This document shows positions 49,974 to 61,549 of a stretch of DNA of 64,000 bases, piece after piece. The notes under the pieces are model-generated. The model did no database searches and was not told where the DNA came from. It saw nothing but the letters and a program-made list of their open reading frames with translations. Numbering within the stretch: the first letter of the stretch is position 1; every line of letters begins with the position of its first letter. Origin of the DNA: Octopus bimaculoides (lineage: Eukaryota); NCBI RefSeq assembly GCF_001194135.2, contig NC_068997.1, forward strand, positions 5,075,643 to 5,139,642, given 5' to 3'. The position numbers and the translations under genes were made by a program.

Positions 49974-51061
49974 ACATGCATACACTCACATATACACATA
50001 GACATCCATACATAAAATCCTATCATTTCTTATATTATTATAAATGTTATCTATGTTATCACCTGTATTAATTTATGTCCTCTTACGAAGATATTCCACA
50101 GGAGCTACCACACAGCTCTGATAAAAATGATAATAAAGAAATTTAGATTTTTTAAAATACATTTATGCATGCTAAATTAAGAAATACCTAATTTTTATCA
50201 CATTTTTTATTATTTAAGGAGTTTAATGAGTTTTCTGCATACGACCAACTGGAAGGTGCGACCGGTGGCAGTGACTATGACAGCTGTAGTAGTGGCTGCA
50301 AATCTGTGAAACTGGAACCAAACACCTACTACTGTAGCTATGACTCTATGAGATATGGCCAACAGGCGGCTAAGCTCAATCAGTCAACATCTTCAAATGA
50401 CACTGACTTCAACTATCATCCAAGTAACACAAACCACATTCTACACAACCATACTTACCCACAGCAACCTCAAACACAGAACATTAGTTATGAGCCTTCA
50501 GTATCAAGTATTTCTAGGAGTGAAACCTACAGCAGCAGTGCCACCATCCCTGCCTACCACAGAGGTCCAACTTCAAGAGACCATAAGCGTCTCCAGGAGT
50601 TGAAAGTTCCTTTAAGTATGAACCAGATAATCAATTCCTCAGTTGAGGAATTCAATGATTTGGTCCGAAAATACCCGTTACCTGAGCCACAATTAAGGCT
50701 CATTAGGGATATACGTCGTCGAGGCAAAAATAAAGTGGCAGCACAGAATTGCCGAAAAAGAAAGCTTGATATTATTGGTACATTGGAGGAAGAAGTAATC
50801 CAGATGCGCCAGGAGCGTGACAGATTGCTTCGCGAGGGGAGCCTAATTCATAAACAGACTAGGGAGATGAAGGAAAAATATAATGTCCGCTATCATGAAG
50901 TGTTCAGGTCCCTCCGCGATGAGTATGGCAACTCCTATGATCCACAGGAGTACTCTTTACAACAGTCCAGTGATGGTAATGTCTTCCTAGTACGCAAAAG
51001 CCTCACTTCAGATGAGAAAACTATGGACTCTAATCGAAAGAAAAAAACTGATGAGAAATGA
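29957..51061 (+). CDS. NFE2L1: CNC-bZIP transcription factor (NFE2L1/Nrf1-like, Cap'n'collar C/SKN-1A type). join(29957..30949,40691..40822,41620..41719,42140..42342,44174..44446,45723..45903,46900..47112,48009..48082,50219..51061); 3012 nt, 1003 aa
   Basis: All 8 introns are GT-AG with matching phases (0,0,1,0,0,1,1,0) and the spliced frame has no stop. Recognisable NHB1 (KQCFTDSLISLAIVLSLL), [31 protein letters not shown], and the CNC-bZIP basic region RDIRRRGKNKVAAQNCRKRK plus C-terminal YSLQQSSDGNVFLV. Confidence 0.93.
32820..33200 (+). mobile_element. Degenerate RTE reverse-transcriptase fragment
   Basis: MQFGSVPGRSTTDAIFLVRQLKENFLA readable at about 33120-33200. Confidence 0.75.
34619..35488 (+). 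mobile_element. Tc1/mariner maT internally deleted element, copy 2 (in CNC intron 1)
   Basis: Co-linear with copy 1 in the opposite orientation; imperfect ~27 bp TIRs (tAGGGTGTGATAGGTAAATTGTCG / CGGCAGTTTATTCACCGCACCCTG); TA flanks; frameshifted transposase. Confidence 0.88.
35775..35940 (+). mobile_element. RTE fragment
   Basis: LGNQVSSRGRCSKSIVVRIRIGWAKFRELLPLLATKGL. Confidence 0.75.
38361..38615 (+). mobile_element. tRNA-derived SINE family A (representative). Other copies at about 6753-7100+, 8487-8850+, 20440-20600-, 26700-26870-, 27940-28230+, 39040-39290+, 39790-40130-, 54140-54260-, 55560-55900-, 59280-59520+, 63390-63650-
   Basis: Pol III A box (TGGCTGTGTGG) and B box (GGTTCAGCCCC); recurring body gggcaagtgtcttctactatagcc...gtgagtggatttggtagacggaaactg; internal (TA/CA)n. 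Confidence 0.85.
39866..39981. mobile_element. hAT (Charlie-like) MITE inserted in a SINE
   Basis: CAGTTGTTCTCAA ... TTGAGAACCACAG TIRs; 8-bp TSD ttttagtt/gtttagtt. Confidence 0.75.
40300..40560 (-). mobile_element. Probable Penelope-like terminal remnant in CNC intron 1
   Basis: GAAACG (40421-40426) and CTGATGAAG (40391-40399) on -. Confidence 0.4.
40691..40822 (+). CDS. NFE2L1: CNC gene exon 2: Neh2-like DIDLG/DLG element ([44 protein letters not shown])
   Basis: Acceptor ttgtag|GAC, donor AAG|gtaggt, 132 nt, phase 0-0; matches Nrf2 [22 protein letters not shown]. Not in the supplied ORF track. Confidence 0.95.
41620..41719 (+). CDS. NFE2L1: CNC gene exon 3 (QKQYEHIQLKLQDKQHRLEQQYLTDNYTQDIET-G)
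   Basis: ttttag|CAA acceptor, ACAG|gtcagt donor, phase 0-1; supplies the first half of the ETGE motif. Confidence 0.88.
42140..42342 (+). CDS. NFE2L1: CNC gene exon 4 (G-EWIPLYQP..., Q10 tract)
   Basis: cttcag|GA acceptor completes the GGA codon, giving ETGEW; TTG|gtaagt donor. Confidence 0.88.
42901..43116. mobile_element. piggyBac-type MITE family 1
   Basis: TTAA|CCCTTTAGCATT ... AATGCTAAAGGG|TTAA; related copies at about 39425-39635 and 59867-60079. Confidence 0.8.
43121..43325. mobile_element. piggyBac-type MITE family 2 (partial)
   Basis: Starts TTAA|CCCTT; body similar to about 37710-37900 and 46460-46592, both ending AAGAG|TTAA. Confidence 0.6.
44174..44446 (+). CDS. NFE2L1: CNC gene exon 5 (NSTLEEALQTLDID...HSQST), Neh4-like acidic/Cys-rich
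   Basis: ctcaag|AAC acceptor, ACT|gtgagt donor, 273 nt, phase 0-0, open frame. Confidence 0.8.
45723..45903 (+). CDS. NFE2L1: CNC gene exon 6 (LPTCERQNSLDNWWREISGSLEM...LIQNATLP...), Neh5-like
   Basis: ctccag|CTG acceptor, ACAA|gtgagt donor; SLDNWWREISGSLEM resembles NRF1 LEQQWQDLMSIMEM. Confidence 0.85.
46900..47112 (+). CDS. NFE2L1: CNC gene exon 7, NST (Asn/Ser/Thr) glycodomain core
   Basis: tcaag|GT acceptor, GAAG|gtagag donor, phase 1-1; six N-x-S/T sequons in 71 aa. Confidence 0.8.
48009..48082 (+). CDS. NFE2L1: CNC gene exon 8 (D-LVSFDDASRDSAVCSLASSASPLQ), Neh6-like serine degron
   Basis: ttctag|AT acceptor, CAG|gtactt donor, phase 1-0 restores the frame; contains DSAxxS. Confidence 0.8.
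49150..49555 (+). mobile_element. RTE 3' end with UTR and (GAT)n tail (CNC intron 8)
   Basis: Degenerate KDLQTVGLTEEMT...AVLEKTCQAK*, then the shared tail gcatccagctgtagaaacc...gttaaataatgatgatg. Confidence 0.7.
50219..51061 (+). CDS. NFE2L1: CNC gene terminal exon: CNC domain, basic region, leucine zipper, Neh3
   Basis: tttaag|GAG acceptor; LEGATGGSDY; IRDIRRRGKNKVAAQNCRKRKL; YSLQQSSDGNVFLV; TGA ends at 51061. Confidence 0.97.
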   Translation, partial: EFNEFSAYDQLEGATGGSDYDSCSSGCKSVKLEPNTYYCSYDSMRYGQQAAKLNQSTSSNDTDFNYHPSNTNHILHNHTYPQQPQTQNISYEPSVSSISRSETYSSSATIPAYHRGPTSRDHKRLQELKVPLSMNQIINSSVEEFNDLVRKYPLPEPQLRLIRDIRRRGKNKVAAQNCRKRKLDIIGTLEEEVIQMRQERDRLLREGSLIHKQTREMKEKYNVRYHEVFRSLRDEYGNSYDPQEYSLQQSSDGNVFLVRKSLTSDEKTMDSNRKKKTDEK

Positions 51062-52810
51062 AAATTATCATTTCAAAAAAAAAAAGAAAGAATTGGATAA
51101 CAATAATAGAAATATAAGAAAAAATATGTAAGCAAATAAATATAAACAAAGAACAAAAGAAGTTTTGGGGCGGGATTTTGCTATTCTCTTAGTTTAAAAA
51201 GAAAATTTCACCCCCATTTATGTTAAATATTAACTATTCATTGCCTTTTGATCTTGTTTGGTGAACAATTCCCAAATAGTTTTTGGTATCATTTGTTTTT
51301 TGTTTTTTTGTTTCTGGTGGGGGTTTGATTTATAAAAAAAAATCTTTTATAATCATTTGTTAATTTTTACCATCCATTGTTTTTTTTTCACACGTATTTT
51401 GTTTCCTTACCATCAGTTTTTCAATTCATAACTTCTATGAGTGTGTGTGTGTTTGTAATATTATATATATATAATATATATATATATACACAAACACATA
51501 TACATACATGTTCATTTGTTTTATGTTAAATTCAAAATGATTACTTTCATTGTTTTTTTTTTGTTTTTTTTTTTCCAGCAACATTTTTTAATATTATTCT
51601 TTTTGTCATTTTAACATTTTCACCCCACCCTTTTACTTAACTTAAAAATAAAGAGAAAAACATACATGCAAAATTTTAAATCTTCAATTAACCAGCATTA
51701 TAAACCTGCAGAAATTTCTCTTTTTAACACTTCAATTTTTTTTTTTTTTTTTTAATTTAACTAACTACCATGCAAGATTAATTAACTTATTGCCAAACCA
51801 ATTAGGAAACCTCTACAAAGTCATTCTGCCTGCTAAGCATGGCTGCCAAATCTCTCTCAAATCATATCCTGCTGTAGGACAGGCACACATAGACTTTTTA
51901 ATAATGTTTCTAGTTGGAACATCTTTGATCATAGCTCTGCTTGTTTATTATTGACATGGGGACAAAGAACATCACAGTTATTAAGTCGTTAATTAATTAG
52001 GAAATTATTTCTCAAATCATCTTAAACCTGGTTCTGTGTGTCTTTGAGCTGAACACAAATTCAGTAGTTAAATTTGATACAGCTTAATTAAGAAAAGTAG
52101 ACAGTTTGAAACTGAAATAAAGTATTATTTAATTTAAAAAATATGCATTGTGTAGGAGTAGTGTAATCATCATAAGGAAAAGAATCCTGTTTTTTTTTTA
52201 ATAATTAATAAGGAAGGAGTTTCTAACTTAGATAGTACAAGGCAAAAAATTTATAGGTAAGAGGTATGGTTGATTGAACTAAACCATGACATTACTGGTA
52301 TCTAATATTATCAGCCTCTTAAATATCAAATACTGGTGTCAGGTGTGAACTTAGTTACTCAATGTTTGATAGGAAGCTGTATGTTGTTAAGTTGTTCTCT
52401 ATCACTTCTGCTATTACACCAACAACAATAATTATAATACTGCTGCTGCTTCCCTATGTTACCAACCATTTCAGATTAAAATCCTACCAAAATCAACTGA
52501 CTTTGTATTTGATTCATTTCCGTTGCTAAAGTGTGTAGGGGCCAGGATTGTGATTAAGATACCAGTAATACACTGGGTCAAAGTAGTTAGCTAAATTCTT
52601 TGTTTTAAGGGGGGTGGAAAGCAAAATAAATTGTGTATATTAACAACCCATTAAAATTAATATCTGTCCAGTGAGCATTTAGGATTAAGTACTACAGTGA
52701 AAGGTAAGGGTCATTTGGTGGGGAGAAAGGCCTAAAAGGATTCATTTTTTTTCTTTTTAATTATTTCTATTTTTTATTTTTTTTTGTTAAATCATTCTAA
52801 TAAACTTCAT
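51062..52810 (+). other. Probable AU/U-rich 3' UTR of the CNC gene with several candidate poly(A) signals
   Basis: Repeat-poor, U-tract-rich sequence after the stop; AATAAA at 51135, 51647 and about 52799. The true end is unknown. Confidence 0.4.
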
Positions 52811-55800
52811 ACATTTGCATGGGAAAACTATTCATTCCTGTCCATGAGGAGATAAGGCAGTGCTGTTGCCCTGTGAGTGTGTATGCATATACATTTTGTG
52901 TGTGTGTGTATATTATGTTGGTTTTGACTTTGACCTATGTGGTGTTGAAAATACACACAGCCCTATATGTCAGCCTGATTAACTGTTAATTTGTTCCAAA
53001 ACTCACACATTTCATTGTCTGAAAAAACATGGATTAAAACAAATGTCAGCTTACTGAGACCATGCTTAATCCAATCTTTAAAATACAACACACTCAGTTG
53101 TACTGATTCCCCCACCTCTCTCTCTCTCTTTTCCACTGTTGTTGAAATCTCTGCTCTTCTGAATAACAACAACTTTGTATATTTTTCTTCCATTCCTATT
53201 CAGTCTCACTTTCCATCATCGTTTCTTTTGGCTGTGCCCTCTACTACATTGTTTCCCCCCCAGGCTCCTCTATAACTTATCAAAAAAATGTATGCACTAC
53301 CGGTGGTTAGAAAAAAAAGTATTTTTAATATTTCATAATTACATACTTGAAAAAATATCTATACTAAGGCATTGGAATAGCGCCTTACTGTAGCAAACAA
53401 TGCTTGGCTGGAGCGACTGGTTTCACTAGGCTGAGTATAGATATAGCATGTTTGCTGTAAAAAGAAAAAGGTTTTCACAATTCCAGGTCCCACTAGAAAA
53501 TATATATTTTGGATTCCATGCCCCATCACAATTTTCTCAGGCTCCACCAGTGAGGCATATACCCCACAAAGAGAATTCCTGCTTTATTGTGTCACCATTT
53601 CTTTCTTGTCTCCTCTCCCCACTAGTCTCTCTTCCCAGATCTGATACTCAGCACTTCACACCCAGTTCTGTTTTCTTTCCCACAACAGTAACTGTCTGGA
53701 GAATCTCTCCTTGTACGTTTATATTTCTGATCAACATCAATCTACTGATATACTCCAACTGAGCATCAACCATGTCATTGATCTTCATTTAAATGAATTA
53801 TTTAAAATAAACTTGGGCCAAAATGAACATTGCAAACCTTGAGGCGCACATTCCTTTTTTTTTTCTTTTTTGCAGCCTTGGGGGTGCATTTCTTACACTC
53901 ATTCCTTTAACATCCACTTTTATATGCTTGCACAGGTCAGATGGAATTTGCTGAGGTAGATTTTCTAAGGTCGATGCTCTTCCTGTCACCAACCCTCAGT
54001 TGTTCCCAAGCAAGGAAATATTTCCCACAGCTAGGCATGTTTTTCTATGGAAGACTGGAAATGAACATCATTTGTATGACAATGATGCTCATTTACAACC
54101 ATCGCATATCTAGCGAAGAGTACATACATACACATGACAATCTTCTTTCAGTTTCTGCCTACCAAATTCACAAGTATTTGGTCAAGTAGCAGACATTTAC
54201 TCAAGCTGCTGCACATTGGGATTGAACTAGAGATCACATGGTTGGGAAGTAAGCTTTGCAACCAGTCATGTCTACCTTTGTGTGTGTGTAAAATCTGTTT
54301 TAAATATAAATGGATGTAAATGTATAAAGCTTTGGAACAACTCAAGCATTAGTTGATCTGGTGTATTTTCAACACTATATGTATGCTTGTAGGTGTGTGT
54401 GTGTGTGAGATTCATGTTTGTGTATGTACACACGTACACAACTTATGTGTATACATGGTTTTTTTTTTTTTTTTTTGGTTTTTTCCATGCTTCATTATTT
54501 CATTTAGTTCTCTTCTCTTAATTAAAATAAGCCTTTATTCTTTGTTCAGCCTGACTCACAAGTCTGAGTAAACACTTTATTCTGAATTGGATTCAATCAG
54601 TAAGGCAGTTTGTTCATTGGGAAACAAAGTGTAAGGGAATAAATTAACTGAATCTAAATTAGATTTCTAATTAAACAAACCAGCCTATCAACATTTGAAA
54701 TCCTCCAGCTCATTCAATTAATTCCATCTGTTAATTATACAACTTACTTGATTTCACTTGATCCATTGTTAAAATGATTTATTATTATTATATACCTCTT
54801 TATTTTTGTAAAGAAGTTTCTCTTGTCAACTTGTTTCACCACATGGCTTGGTCAACCAACTAGCGCCGTCCCAATCCAGACCCTACCGTAACACACATAC
54901 TTCTCTACACAACTTCCTCCACACCAACTAACCATGCAATCCTACCTTCCTTTTCCACAACCCTGAACTACAAAAACATTCTGAAGCTTTGATCACTGCC
55001 CCAATCCCTTCCCTTTATTAAAGATTAACTGAGGTAACATCACTTCATTTAATATCCCCATGTTTTTACCCCTTCCCAACCCCATACTACACTCTTCACT
55101 CTCAGAGAAGAGACTAAATAAACTTCAAGTACTGCAACTTTCATCTTCTAACTAACAATAAAAATATACATATATACACACACACAAACAAACTACATGT
55201 ATTAATATGTATACTATATTTAGATACTGTCACTATACTTTGATTATCAACAATACTATTGAGCTTCATTCATTGTCATTCATATAGTCTCACATTTCAA
55301 ACTACTCATCAAACCTTGCACAACTTCACCCTCCACAAGTCCAGAAAAGGACCTGCTAATGCTATGAGCACTGTCCCTCTTTCTATGACCACATTATTAT
55401 TAATAAAGAAAATCAATTATAATACTAATATGAAAATCATTAACAATTTGTTGTTAATGATTGAACCATTGAAATGGTTATACTTGAGAAAGAATAAAGT
55501 AATTAAAAATATACTGTCAGGTTTTGTTATGTCTTTACTATGCTTGTTGGGGTTGGATGTCATATATGTATCTTCTTTTACTCATTTCAGTCATTGGACT
55601 ACTGCCATGCTAGGGCAGTGCCTTCAAGGGTTTCAGTCAAACAAATCAACCTCATTACTTATTTTTTAAGACTGGTACTTATTCTATTTGTCTCTTTTGC
55701 TAAACTGCTAAGTTACGGGAATGTAAGCAATCAAACATTGGGGAGGTAGATCCAAAGGCGTTCACACAGGATAGGCTTCCATCTACCAAATTATCGCAGG

Positions 55801-57049
55801 GCATTGGTCAACCCTATAATACAAGACATTTGCCCTAGAAGCCTTACTGTGAGACTGAACCCCAAAACAAGAGTGCAAAGCAAATTTCTTAACCACACAG
55901 CCTTGTGTGCACTGTAGTAGTAGTAGTAGTAGTAAAATAAAATCACCATCTCATGTATCATACATAATGTATATACATCGAAGACAGGCAAGTTACTGAG
56001 ATGTTCATCCATGTCTGTATGTATTTAAATATACACACAAGTCCCAGAGGTCAACTTTACTTTTCAACCTTCTCAGTTTAATGATCTAATGTTACTTGAC
56101 AAATACTTGTACTTGAATCAACTATTCTTCTTTAGGTCCATTGGTGCCTTAAGTGACACATAGGGCAGTAAGTGATTGCCAGTTATCTCAGTCTCTGGCC
56201 AGCCAGTATGCTTCTTCCCAGATGGTATGCCTACAGCCAGTCCCACCATTGATCATTCTCAAAATGTCTTCTGTCCAATATCAGAAATCAGTAGAGCAAC
56301 TAAATGCAAATGCTGTTGAGGATACAAATAGTATTGGTCAAGTACTGGTTAATCTCAGTAACTATACTCTTCCCATCAAATGTGTAACCATTTAAGTGTC
56401 AAATGATTTCAGGCTTTTTTTTTTTTTTGTGCGGGTGGCACATGAAATGCACCATTTTGAGCGTGGACGTTGCCAGTACCGCCTGACTGGCCTTCGTGCG
56501 GGTGGCACGTAAAAGCACCCACTACACTCTCTGAGTGGTTGGCGTTAGAAACTCTGCCAAATCAGATTGGGGCCTGGTGTAGCGATCTGGTTTCACCAGT
56601 CCTCAGTCAAATCGTCCAACCCATGCTAGCATGGAAAGCAGACGTTAAACGACGACGACGATCATTTTTCCAGTCTCCTTCATCATCATTTAACACATCT
56701 ATTTTCCATGCTGGCATGGGTTGGATGGTTCAACAGGGACTGGCTAGGCAGAAGACTGCACTAGACTTCCGACTGTTTTGGCAAGGTTTTACAGCTGGAT
56801 GTCCTTCCTAACACCAACCACTTTACAGATGATGTTGTCATTAAGAAAAAAAAAAAAAAAAAGCATTTCACATTCATAAATTTGTCAGACTATCAAAAAA
56901 AATTTTTTAAATAATAAAATTCCATCAGAGTTCAATGGATCAATACCTTGATCTTGTTTCAGTCAACAAAATTTTATACATCAGTGTATATGGAGAACAT
57001 GTAGAGGAACAAAGCTGGTATTCTCCACTAGATGTTCCATGTCAGTGTA

Positions 57050-57490
57050 CATGTGTATTGAGAGAACTTGGGCATAAGACGAATTATATGTAGTGTACAA
57101 GAAAAGAGACAGCTGATTTGGTCATATGATGCAGACAGTTGCATGAAGCAGTGCCAATTGCCTGAAGTGGAGACAAGTTGCAGAAGAGGAAGACATGGGA
57201 TGAAGTGTCAAAGGCCATGATCAAAATGTGGCACATTGCTGTAACAAGACCTGCCCACAACTGAATCAAGATCCTAAAACCAAGGTGTTACAGAAAAAGC
57301 ATTGGTGTGGGTGCTGGTGCTACATAAAAAAGGCACACAGTACACTATAAAGTGGATAGTGTTATGAAGGGCATCCAGCTGTAGAAACCAAGCCAAAACA
57401 GACTCTGGAACCTGGTGTGGTCTCCAGCCTTCCCAGTTCCTGTCAAGCTGTCCAACCCATGACAGCATGGAGAATGGGCATTAAATGTTG
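57050..57490 (+). mobile_element. Degenerate RTE 3' fragment and tail
   Basis: LRELGIRRIICSVQEKR remnant, followed by the same 3' tail as other copies. Confidence 0.6.
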
Positions 57491-60400
57491 GTGTATATAT
57501 AACACCTGCATGAAAAAAATCAAGGTGAAAAGTTTACTAAAATGCACTGAAAGTAAATTTACTTTTAGCATCAATACTGCTCTGCACTGGTCAAGGAAGT
57601 GATACTATGAGAAAGTGCAGGGTTGACATTTGATAAATGACATCTATCACCACCAGTGATACATTCATGATGCAACAGCTGGAGGGTGAGAGGGCTACAT
57701 TTAGTAGTGCTAGTACTTAACTTTCCACTTAGTAAACTAGTTATATCAGTAAAATGCCTTGCTCAAGACATGCCACCCAGTCCAACAAACAACTTTATGG
57801 TATGAGACCAACACCTTAAGCACAAGCTACATTAAAATATGCTGAAACTTCTAGATTTTAATTTCAAACATTAATACAAGTGGGTTGTTATTTAATTCTA
57901 AATCTTAATATACCTAACAGATCATCCAAAATATTTGTGAACAGACTAATTTAAATGCTAGCATTAAAAAATAATTGGATATAAACCTTGGATTACACCT
58001 TCCTAGTGACAGACACCACTTAAGTCTTCGACAGTGCAGTCATTTTAGGCACAAATCATTGTTTCATGCTTGTATAGAAACAAACAATTCATTAAAGCAA
58101 ATTTTCCAGTCACCAATTCTCACATTTCTAAGCAAGGGAATATTTCTTGCCTGGACGCACAATGCCTTTCAGTTTGTCTTCCAAATACAAGAATTTTGTC
58201 AGTCTAGGCTGTTGACACTTACCCAAGGGTGCTACACTGAGACTGGACCCCAAACCAGCTGGTTAGCTCCTTTACCACACCCATGCCAGCAAATCCCTTT
58301 TTTTTTTTTTCCAAAAGATCTCTGGCACACTTCCCTTGTCGTACGAGTAATAAGTTACTGCAAGTTATGTAGTCAGCTGTAGCAATTACATATAGCAGAC
58401 AGAACAGGAACAAATACAAATTGTAGAGCTCCTTAGATCATTAGCACTAATGGATTACCTAACATTGCAAATTTAGACTCATCTATGCCTATATTTTCCA
58501 ATAATGTTAAGTTCTGGAGGAATGGCATGTTTCTACAAGTATGTTGTAAGAGTTTTAAGCCCAAACACTTATGCAAGTAGAGTACATTTTACAGACATCT
58601 GAAGGGATGCCAATAACCTGTCACACAAGCAAGGACTCACTCGTCTATAACCAGACTTCTTAAACCTTCAGAAACCAAATGGTAAATAAGTTTCATTTCA
58701 ATCTTTAAAACAAAAATTCAAAAGGATACCAGCAGGTCACAAGAATTGATTTAATCCTACATTTGTCTACCATAGGAGCCCTTATGACAATGCTCAAAGA
58801 AATTAAGACTGTGGAACATCACAAGGAAGAACAATGTTTCCAGAATTCCAATAGTTTAAATCAAGGAAAACAAAAAGGGTGAGGGCACAATGTAATTCAG
58901 AAATGGTAAATAGATTTTAAAATCCCTATAATCAAGCACAATCCATCCCTTATTTTCTGTCCATAAAAATGAGCATATAAATTGTTCCCAAATGTTCGTT
59001 GCATAAAGGTGTAGTCCAAAACCATAAGTTTCTTCTGTAGGGCATCAAACATCAGCCCCAATTATTAAAAATTGGTTATGCAACTAATAAAGAAGAGATC
59101 AGACTATTTTATCAACATGAAAGTACAAAAAGCCAAAACTAAGCCAGCTGAAAAGTAAAATACTATATAGGCAGATATTACAATTTACCAATAGAGCCAA
59201 ATCCAGGGACCTTTGTCTTTGAAAGACATAACGCTAATTTTCTAATTCCAAATTTTGTGGTACACCTTTTGGCTGGGCAGCAAGAAGTTTTCTCCCTAAC
59301 CACATGGTTCTGGGTTCAGTTCCAATGCAAGGCATCTTGGCCTAGGTGTGTATTATTATAGCCTCAGGTCAACTGAAGCCTTGTGAGTGAATTTGGTAGG
59401 CAAACAAAAAGCACACCATATACAGCTGTTTGTTCTCCAAGGCATGACAACTGGTATTTACATTCCCATTATCAGTTCAGCAAAAGATTGATAGAATAAG
59501 TATCAGACTTAAGTACTGGGGTTGATTTGCTCAACTAAAATTTAAGTCAGTGCCTAAGTGTAATGACAAACAAAATTAACAGCAAGAAAATTTCGAATTA
59601 AAACCATTCCAATGGTTGAATGCTTTAAATGTAAAGCTAATCCTATGAACTACATGTTCAATCTTGTGGGAGCATAGCTATATCCACCAAAAGTTCATTT
59701 AAATCATCACTAGTCTATTTGTCTTGGACAGAATGTCACCCAAATGGACTCAACACTTGAGATGTTACTGGGTTCATTGTTTAACAAATGCAGATCAGAA
59801 CATTGCTGCTTCCTACAACAATGTAAACATAGTTAAAGGTAGCAAAGATTCAGAAATTGCACCCACTAACCCATTTGAACATTTAAACCACGATATTAAA
59901 CCGAAATGTTTTACCTGTCTTATGTTCAAAACTAGCTAGATTTGGCCTCTCACACCAGCCCTACAATATCATTCTAAAATAGTTACCTCATCAAAATCTC
60001 AAAGCTACAAAATAATGTACAAGTCATTCAAAATAATGTGAATAAATAAATACTTCAGCAGAATATGAATGCTAAAGAGTTAAATCTGTCTGTGGCTGGA
60101 TGCTAATAGAAAATTCAAATTCAGCACCATGCAATATTGTACTGTAATTCTGCATGAATAACTTTCCACCTTAATAGCTGTAATTAAATTGCATAAATAT
60201 AAGAAAACAAATTTAAAATAGAAACTATCGTGCACTCCATCTTAAATTTAGTCAATAAATCACTTGATATAAAAAGCTGAACACATTTTTTACAAAAACC
60301 AACTCCTACATCAAGCCCAGTTAGAAGAAACTTAACTTCTCCCAGATCATTTCGCCTTAGACTGATAAGTTAGAAATTAAGAGGTCCAAGTTTCTTGCAA

Positions 60401-61344
60401 CTGCAATTCTGGATCTTATTATAAAACAGGAATTATTCGGGATCAAATCCAGTTAATTCCACTGAAAATCTAACCAGACAATCTTAAATCCTTATTAAAC
60501 TGGTGCACAGAGCAAATAAACATTTCAAACCAAATTAAAAGTTTGAATCAGAACCAGGATTACTATCAAAAAGGTTAAATACTCTAACCTTAGAACAGGT
60601 GAGCTATCCGCACCATTATGAATTAAATTTTTCTTTAACTTAAGATACTGGACCACAGCCATGCTTAAAAGTATTTTGAAATTAATCCTAGTATTTAGTC
60701 TGGTATTCTAATCTTCAACCGAACCAGTAAATTATGGGGGTCATAAACAAACCTATCACGGGGNNNNNNNNNNGGAACCAGACATGCTCCCGCAATTGGT
60801 AACAAACTCAGCCAAGGAAAGTAGACACTTGTCCAGAGCATCACTCAGTGCAAAGTTGAGAAACTTTCACTTAACCATATCCAACAACAAAGAAAAGGAA
60901 AAAATTTAACTTGACTGAAAAATTAGAATTGCCAGCTTCTGCAGTGTCAGAACTGCCAGTGATCTAAATAACAGCAAGTACTCTCCGGCTGCTTCCCTAA
61001 AACACCTAGCTCAGTTACTAATTAATGTTTTAAGCTGTTCCATTATAAGAAACTGGACCATTCTTAACATCATAGCCATGCATTTCAGCTTCCTTTTGTT
61101 CAAAGATTCTGGCAACATGATTTATAAGATTTTAAAACTGACGTCCAACTTTTTTGATCAGGAATCAAACTTTACAGAAACCTACTAAAAGTGCACTAAA
61201 TATACTATTATTCTTGTGGTACATATTAATCACAACAGTTATTAGGTCAATACGACTCATATAAAGAACCATTTGACCACAACGGACCCTAGATATAAAG
61301 CAAAGGAGCAAGATCAAGAAAGGAAATCATTTAAATTACTAAGT

Positions 61345-61350
61345 TTTATT
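61345..61350 (-). terminator. Hsc70 polyadenylation signal
   Basis: AATAAA on - about 200 nt after the stop, followed by a U-rich downstream tract. Confidence 0.55.
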
Positions 61351-61549
61351 AATTGTATTGAAATGGGTTGTTGTAATAACATGTCAACATTTGCGTTAAC
61401 TAAGACTTATTATAAAAGTCCTGTAACATGTATTTACAATACAGTAAAGAATAGATATATATATATACACAGAAAATAAACTGAGTTGAGATGAGTTAAA
61501 AAAAAAAAAAAAAATCAAATGATTAGGAGGTAGGTACAAGTCAAGTGAT

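Noticed and set aside
58440-59110. Possible pseudogene or TE coding relic (short open stretch LMFDALQKKLMVLDYTFMQRTFG on -)
   Set aside because: I cannot assign it to any family. A tBLASTx search would be needed; no hit would confirm rejection.
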